64,000 bases of DNA. Origin: Sedimentisphaerales bacterium. GTDB lineage: Bacteria; Planctomycetota; Phycisphaerae; Sedimentisphaerales; Anaerobacaceae. A model generated the notes under the pieces. That model saw only the letters and a list, made by a program, of their open reading frames with translations. It was not told the DNA's origin and made no database searches. Both the position numbers and the translations under genes were made by a program. Shown here piece after piece: positions 59,893 to 64,000 of this stretch (the first letter of the stretch is position 1; every line of letters begins with the position of its first letter). The stretch is taken from assembly GCA_963708075.1 (NCBI GenBank), contig OY970194.1:640001-704000 (forward strand). Reading direction: 5' to 3'.

Positions 59893-61276
59893 GATCCAAT
59901 GTCTCCAATTCCTGTATGGATGTGATGATTGCCTCTGCCTTATCAGCGGGGCAGATTCCGGAGAATTCCGCGCACCCTCGAAATTTGGCGATCGTATCGG
60001 CCATCGTCATGGCCTTGGGACTGAGGATTTCACGGATTGTATAGGTCTTACTCAACTCTCTGCCGTCCCTGGTCGTCACTGTCACTGTGTGAGGCTTGTC
60101 CACGTGGGGAGGGAAATCATCCTCGATCCGGACGTATCCTCCGGGCACTTCGCGGTTGGCCACAATGCGGATTCTCGTCGCCAGCTCCGCGACCTCCGTA
60201 TCCTTGCTCACCTGTCGATCCGTGAACTCCGCCAGGCCTGCTCGTCGGCGCAGCAATGCCACCGCCACTCCGTAGGCGGCGGAGAACTGGGCATTCACCT
60301 GGGGGGTGTCTCCCATCTCGAAAGGCTGGCCGACCAGGTTCTCGCCGTCGGGACCTCCATGAATGTAGATGGTGACATCTTTCAGGTCGTCCTTTCGAAG
60401 ATCGTACTGCTGAGCCAGATCCAGCGCCGCCTGGGTCACAGGGTGGGCCAGGCCGCAACTGGTGAAGCGTTTGATCGTGTTGCGCTCAATCTCAAAGAAG
60501 CCGCGGCTGCGACGTATCTCCTCCTCGGAGGGAGGGGCCACGTTGATGTAGACCCTGAACAGCCCGGCGTCCCCTTCTGCCGCGTGCTCCGGTCCCGTGA
60601 GTCCTCGTCCCGCCAGAGCTGCCGACCAGACCGCATTTCTGGCGGCAAACGCCGGCTGCAGCCGCTTCGTCAGCGTTTTCTCGAACAGGGCTTGTCGGTT
60701 GCCGCTGGCCTGTGCGTAGTTGATTCCCATGGCATTGACTGTCTGGTCCACGCTGTAGCCCAGCAGCCGACAGGCCGCCGCGGTCGCGCCGAAACCACCC
60801 ACGACACTGCTGGGCAGAAAACCTCTTCCCTGCGGCCCTTTGCGTAACCTGTTGTATGGCATTCCCAGCCTGCAAGCGGTCTCCACGCCTAAGATGATGC
60901 CGTCGAGGAGTTCCCCGCCGGTGGCATCCGTCATCTCTGCTGCGGCCAGGACGGTCGGCATGACAATGCTCGTGATGTGAAGAGCAGAAGGGTCGTGCAG
61001 GTCGTCGTAGTCGAGGGCGTGGGCCATCACGCTGTTCACGAATGCGGCATTGGGCGCCGGCACCTTGGACCCATACACCAGAATCGTCGATTCCTCTTTC
61101 CCGCTCCATTCGCGTATCTGCTCGAACAGCTCACGAATCCCAGGAGCATTCCAAGCGGCGACGCTTACACCGACCGTATCGAGAATCAACTTCCTGCACG
61201 CATCACGCGCGCTGGTGGTGATTGCATCTGAGCTCGTCTTAACGGCCATCTCGGCCAGTATTCTTGTCAGCGACAT
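59852..61276 (-). CDS. MmgE/PrpD family protein
   Basis: ILDTVGV..A, AAFVN..AHALDYDDLH, GVE..CRL, KRLQP..AAR, IKRFTSC..AH, AQFS..Y, KF. Confidence 0.92.
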   Translation of the reverse strand: MSLTRILAEMAVKTSSDAITTSARDACRKLILDTVGVSVAAWNAPGIRELFEQIREWSGKEESTILVYGSKVPAPNAAFVNSVMAHALDYDDLHDPSALHITSIVMPTVLAAAEMTDATGGELLDGIILGVETACRLGMPYNRLRKGPQGRGFLPSSVVGGFGATAAACRLLGYSVDQTVNAMGINYAQASGNRQALFEKTLTKRLQPAFAARNAVWSAALAGRGLTGPEHAAEGDAGLFRVYINVAPPSEEEIRRSRGFFEIERNTIKRFTSCGLAHPVTQAALDLAQQYDLRKDDLKDVTIYIHGGPDGENLVGQPFEMGDTPQVNAQFSAAYGVAVALLRRRAGLAEFTDRQVSKDTEVAELATRIRIVANREVPGGYVRIEDDFPPHVDKPHTVTVTTRDGRELSKTYTIREILSPKAMTMADTIAKFRGCAEFSGICPADKAEAIITSIQELETLDHASDFIAQCKCEP

Positions 61277-61413
61277 AGCAACGTCAACTCGGTTGAAGGA
61301 TGCAGCAACGCAGAGATCCCGCAGCGTCGCGGCGTCGGTCCAGATTGACAGACACCGGCTTCGGCATAACTGATTGTCATCCGGGATAAATCTTCGATCA
61401 GGCACATATCTCC

Positions 61414-61477
61414 CTTGTACGGCATCCCGGGACCGGAACCAACACCAATTCGCGCTATTCTCCCCCCGTTTTGCGCA
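61414..61477 (-). promoter_or_regulatory. Operator copy B plus -10 hexamer upstream of the prpD-comA operon
   Basis: 61441-61477 matches copy A at 29/37 positions; TACAAG 21 nt downstream on the minus strand. Confidence 0.7.
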
Positions 61478-61657
61478 TCAGCCCTGGAACGATTGCAGGC
61501 TCTCCGTTGAAACCGGAGCATGGGAACAGGAGCGCTGGCGGACCGCACATACTGCCTGCGCCGTGCACTCTGTGACGGGCCAGAGGACCCATTCCGTTCT
61601 CCCGGCGAATTCGATACGGCCCGTATATCCGGCACAGACGGCACACCGAAGCCTTGA

Positions 61658-61722
61658 TGCGCAAAATGGGGGCGGAAAAGGCGCAAAGTGGCGTTGGGGT
61701 ATCCGGGCGGGACAGCTACAAT
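61658..61722 (+). promoter_or_regulatory. Operator copy C plus -10 hexamer upstream of uroD2-SSS
   Basis: TGCGCAAAATGGGGGCGGAAAAGGCGCAAAGTGGCGTT (61658-95) then TACAAT at 61717, 21 nt downstream. Confidence 0.75.
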
Positions 61723-61810
61723 CCCTTCCGAAGGATGATTCCGGGTTTCGCAGGCGATGCCCGGGGATCGCCCGTGTTCGTCTCAGGTCGGCTGATCGTC
61801 AAAAGCAGGT

Positions 61811-62791
61811 GTGAATGGGATGGCAGGCACCGACATGACAGGACCCTCCGAGAATCGGTTCGTGAAGACGCTGCGGCGCACGCCTACGGACCGAGTTCCA
61901 ATCTTTGAGCACGTAATCGATGCGCGTTTTGTCAATCACGCGATTGGCCTGGACCAGCGGAGCCTGGATCTGGCCGCTGAGCCGTTTGCGCGGCTGGCCC
62001 GATATATGCACATGGATATCGTGACGATGGGCTATCGTTCCCGGGTGCCCGGCACGCGCACACGGGAGGATCTGGCCGCGATGCGATTGGCGGACCACGC
62101 GGAATTCCTCCGCCGCGTGGACGATTTCCTGCGGATACAAAAGGAAACGGGGCTCGGTGTAAATGTGTACGTGCACGGCCCCTTTGACTCTACCTACTTG
62201 TCAATGGGGTACGAGACGTTCTTTCTCAACCTTGCCGACGATATGGGCTTCATCGAAGCCATGATGGAGGTTTTCACGGAGGACGCTGTCGCCATGGTCA
62301 AAGCGCTGATCGCCAAAGGGGTGACCACGATCGAGCTCGTTGACGACATTGCCTATGCCAAGGGACTCTTCATCAGGCCGGACATCTTTCGCAGGCTGTG
62401 GATGACGCGTATGGAGAAGATCCTCGAACCCATCCACAGTTCCAACACTCCGGTTTTCTTTCATAGCGATGGTGACGCCCGTCAGTTCATCGACATGGTG
62501 CTCGACCTTGGCTTTCTCGGGCTCAATCCGGTCGAGCCACAGTGCAACGATATCGTCGCATTGAAGAAGGAGTACGGCGAGCGCATCACGCTGATGGGCA
62601 ATCTGGAAATCGGCGGAGTGCTCGCGTCGGGGACGTGCGACGAGGTCCGAAGGGAAATGAAACGATTGTTGGAGCAGATGATGCCGGGGTATGGCTACGT
62701 CGCCATGTCGTCGAACTCCCTGGCCAATTGCGTCGTGCCGGAGAACTATGTGGCTATGGTGGAGACGGTGCTGGAATTCGGCAATTATTGA
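61811..62791 (+). CDS. Second UroD-like superfamily protein (start may be 61820 or 61835)
   Basis: TDRVP, MGYETF, DDIAY..GLFIRP, FHSDG, NPVEP, GN, SSNSL. Confidence 0.85.
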   Translation: MNGMAGTDMTGPSENRFVKTLRRTPTDRVPIFEHVIDARFVNHAIGLDQRSLDLAAEPFARLARYMHMDIVTMGYRSRVPGTRTREDLAAMRLADHAEFLRRVDDFLRIQKETGLGVNVYVHGPFDSTYLSMGYETFFLNLADDMGFIEAMMEVFTEDAVAMVKALIAKGVTTIELVDDIAYAKGLFIRPDIFRRLWMTRMEKILEPIHSSNTPVFFHSDGDARQFIDMVLDLGFLGLNPVEPQCNDIVALKKEYGERITLMGNLEIGGVLASGTCDEVRREMKRLLEQMMPGYGYVAMSSNSLANCVVPENYVAMVETVLEFGNY

Positions 62792-62832
62792 CCATTAGAA
62801 GTTCGATGCCCGCAGGGTCTGGAGCGTATTAG

Positions 62833-64000
62833 ATGCAGTCAGGGTTGAGCCTTCTGGACATCATCGTCCTCGTCGCGTACTTTGCAGTCATCATTGGAAT
62901 CGGCGTATGGTCGTCCCGCCACGTCAGGAACCAGGAGGACTATTTCCTCGCGGGACGGCGATTCGGCAAGCTCGTCCAAACGTTCACCTCTTTTGGAACA
63001 GGAACCAACGTTGAGAGTATCGTAGGGGTCGCCGCCACGACGTTCACGAATGGGGCCGCGGGGATTTGGAGCTCGCTCGTCTATCTCTTCGTCACTCCGG
63101 TTTACTGGCTGGTTGCCCCGTGGATGCGGCGTCTTCGCGTCCTGACCATGGCGGATTACTTAGAGGAACGGTATGGCTCTAAAGCTATCGCGGGCCTTTA
63201 CACGTTGGTGGCGACCCTGGTCACAATCGCGCACTTGTCCGTAGGCTTCAACGCAGGTTCCAAGACGGTGATGGCGCTGTATCCTAAGGGCATCGAACAA
63301 CTGACGGTTGCCGAGACGGAGGAGCTATCACGGGCGCAGGAATTGGAGCGGCTCCAAAAATCGGACTATGGGATCCTGTCCGACCAGGAAAAGGACCGCC
63401 TTGACCAACTGCAGCGCGAAGCGCCCCGAAAGGCGTTCTCTCATATCGACAAGAACATATTCATCTGGATCATCTGTATCATCACGCTGATCTATGGCAT
63501 CTCCGGCGGCATGGAGGCGGCTGCACTGGCGGATGTTCTGCAGGGCATGTGCATCATCTTCATTACCCTCATCGTCTTTCCCTTCTGCTGGGCTCAGATC
63601 AACGAGGTCTATGGCGGCAGCGGCGTGATGGACGCCCTGCAGACAATGCACACGCGGCTGCCTGAGTCGTTTTTCGATATCCTTGGCTCGCCCGCTCTGA
63701 TGGATTTCACATGGTTCTACATTGCCGCTCTTTCGATGATGACGATCAGCAACACGCCGGCCCAGGGCCACTTTTTGACGGGCAATGCATCGGCAAAGAA
63801 CGAGTTCGCCTGCCGATTCGGATCGATATGTGGAGGCTACATCAAGCGATTCTGTGCCGTCTTGTGGGGATTCTTCGCGCTCTGCGCCCTGGCCATCTTT
63901 CACGATAAGATCAATGACCCTGACCTGATGTGGGGATATGCCTCCCGCGAGCTGCTCGGTTCCGCCGGCTTCGGCCTGCTTGGACTCATGGTCGCGGGCT
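62833..64000 (+). CDS. Sodium:solute symporter (SSS) family (runs off window edge)
   Basis: Manual translation: MQSGLSLLDIIVLVAYF...EDYFLAGRRFG..FGTGT...TMADYLEERYG...YGISGGMEAAALADVLQG...GLLGLMVA. Confidence 0.9.
   Translation, partial: MQSGLSLLDIIVLVAYFAVIIGIGVWSSRHVRNQEDYFLAGRRFGKLVQTFTSFGTGTNVESIVGVAATTFTNGAAGIWSSLVYLFVTPVYWLVAPWMRRLRVLTMADYLEERYGSKAIAGLYTLVATLVTIAHLSVGFNAGSKTVMALYPKGIEQLTVAETEELSRAQELERLQKSDYGILSDQEKDRLDQLQREAPRKAFSHIDKNIFIWIICIITLIYGISGGMEAAALADVLQGMCIIFITLIVFPFCWAQINEVYGGSGVMDALQTMHTRLPESFFDILGSPALMDFTWFYIAALSMMTISNTPAQGHFLTGNASAKNEFACRFGSICGGYIKRFCAVLWGFFALCALAIFHDKINDPDLMWGYASRELLGSAGFGLLGLMVAG

Noticed and set aside
52011..61276. Complete coenzyme M biosynthesis cluster
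   Set aside because: Only ComA and one lyase-family gene match. No ComB-E, second lyase, PLP enzyme or HAD enzyme is seen, so CoM production cannot be claimed.
53810..62791. UroD-like genes as hemE or mtaA
   Set aside because: They lack the HemE RQAGR motif and the MtaA HxC zinc motif.
1..64000. tRNA, rRNA, IS elements, integrases or prophage
   Set aside because: None recognisable by eye. Intergenic gaps are short and no transposase or integrase motifs were seen. tRNAscan and Rfam were not run.

Overview
GC-rich bacterial chromosomal window. Gene content suggests an anaerobic planctomycete (Phycisphaerae/Sedimentisphaerales-like); this is inference only. Layout: (i) 1-17 kb housekeeping genes (purL, tyrA, accA, a tsaC/YwlE-type phosphatase fusion, rpiB, ltaE, nagA, fprA, argH, thiL, tsaE) with a few secreted carbohydrate-active genes. 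(ii) 17.3-34.3 kb type IV pilus/T2SS-like locus (6 prepilins, PilMNO, a PilP-position gene, secretin, PilB, PilC) with an HK/receiver/HD-GYP/STAS signalling block inside the operon. (iii) 34-51 kb mixed genes (nupC, glgP, GT-C fusion, rhomboid, K+ channel, PRC-barrel, GH16). (iv) 50.8-64 kb accessory metabolic island: divergent aspartase/fumarase-superfamily lyase, phosphosulfolactate synthase (ComA), MmgE/PrpD, an HPrK-like P-loop protein, a YeiH exporter, a two-subunit Fe-S hydro-lyase, two UroD-family proteins and an SSS transporter. Three promoters in this island share a 37-38 bp tandem-repeat operator at identical spacing from a -10-like hexamer. This island is the best candidate for an undescribed system. 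Eight apparent frameshifts are probably sequencing artefacts; four of them fall on the same motif (GAGACC read as GAGAACC). I saw no rRNA, tRNA, CRISPR array or transposase.
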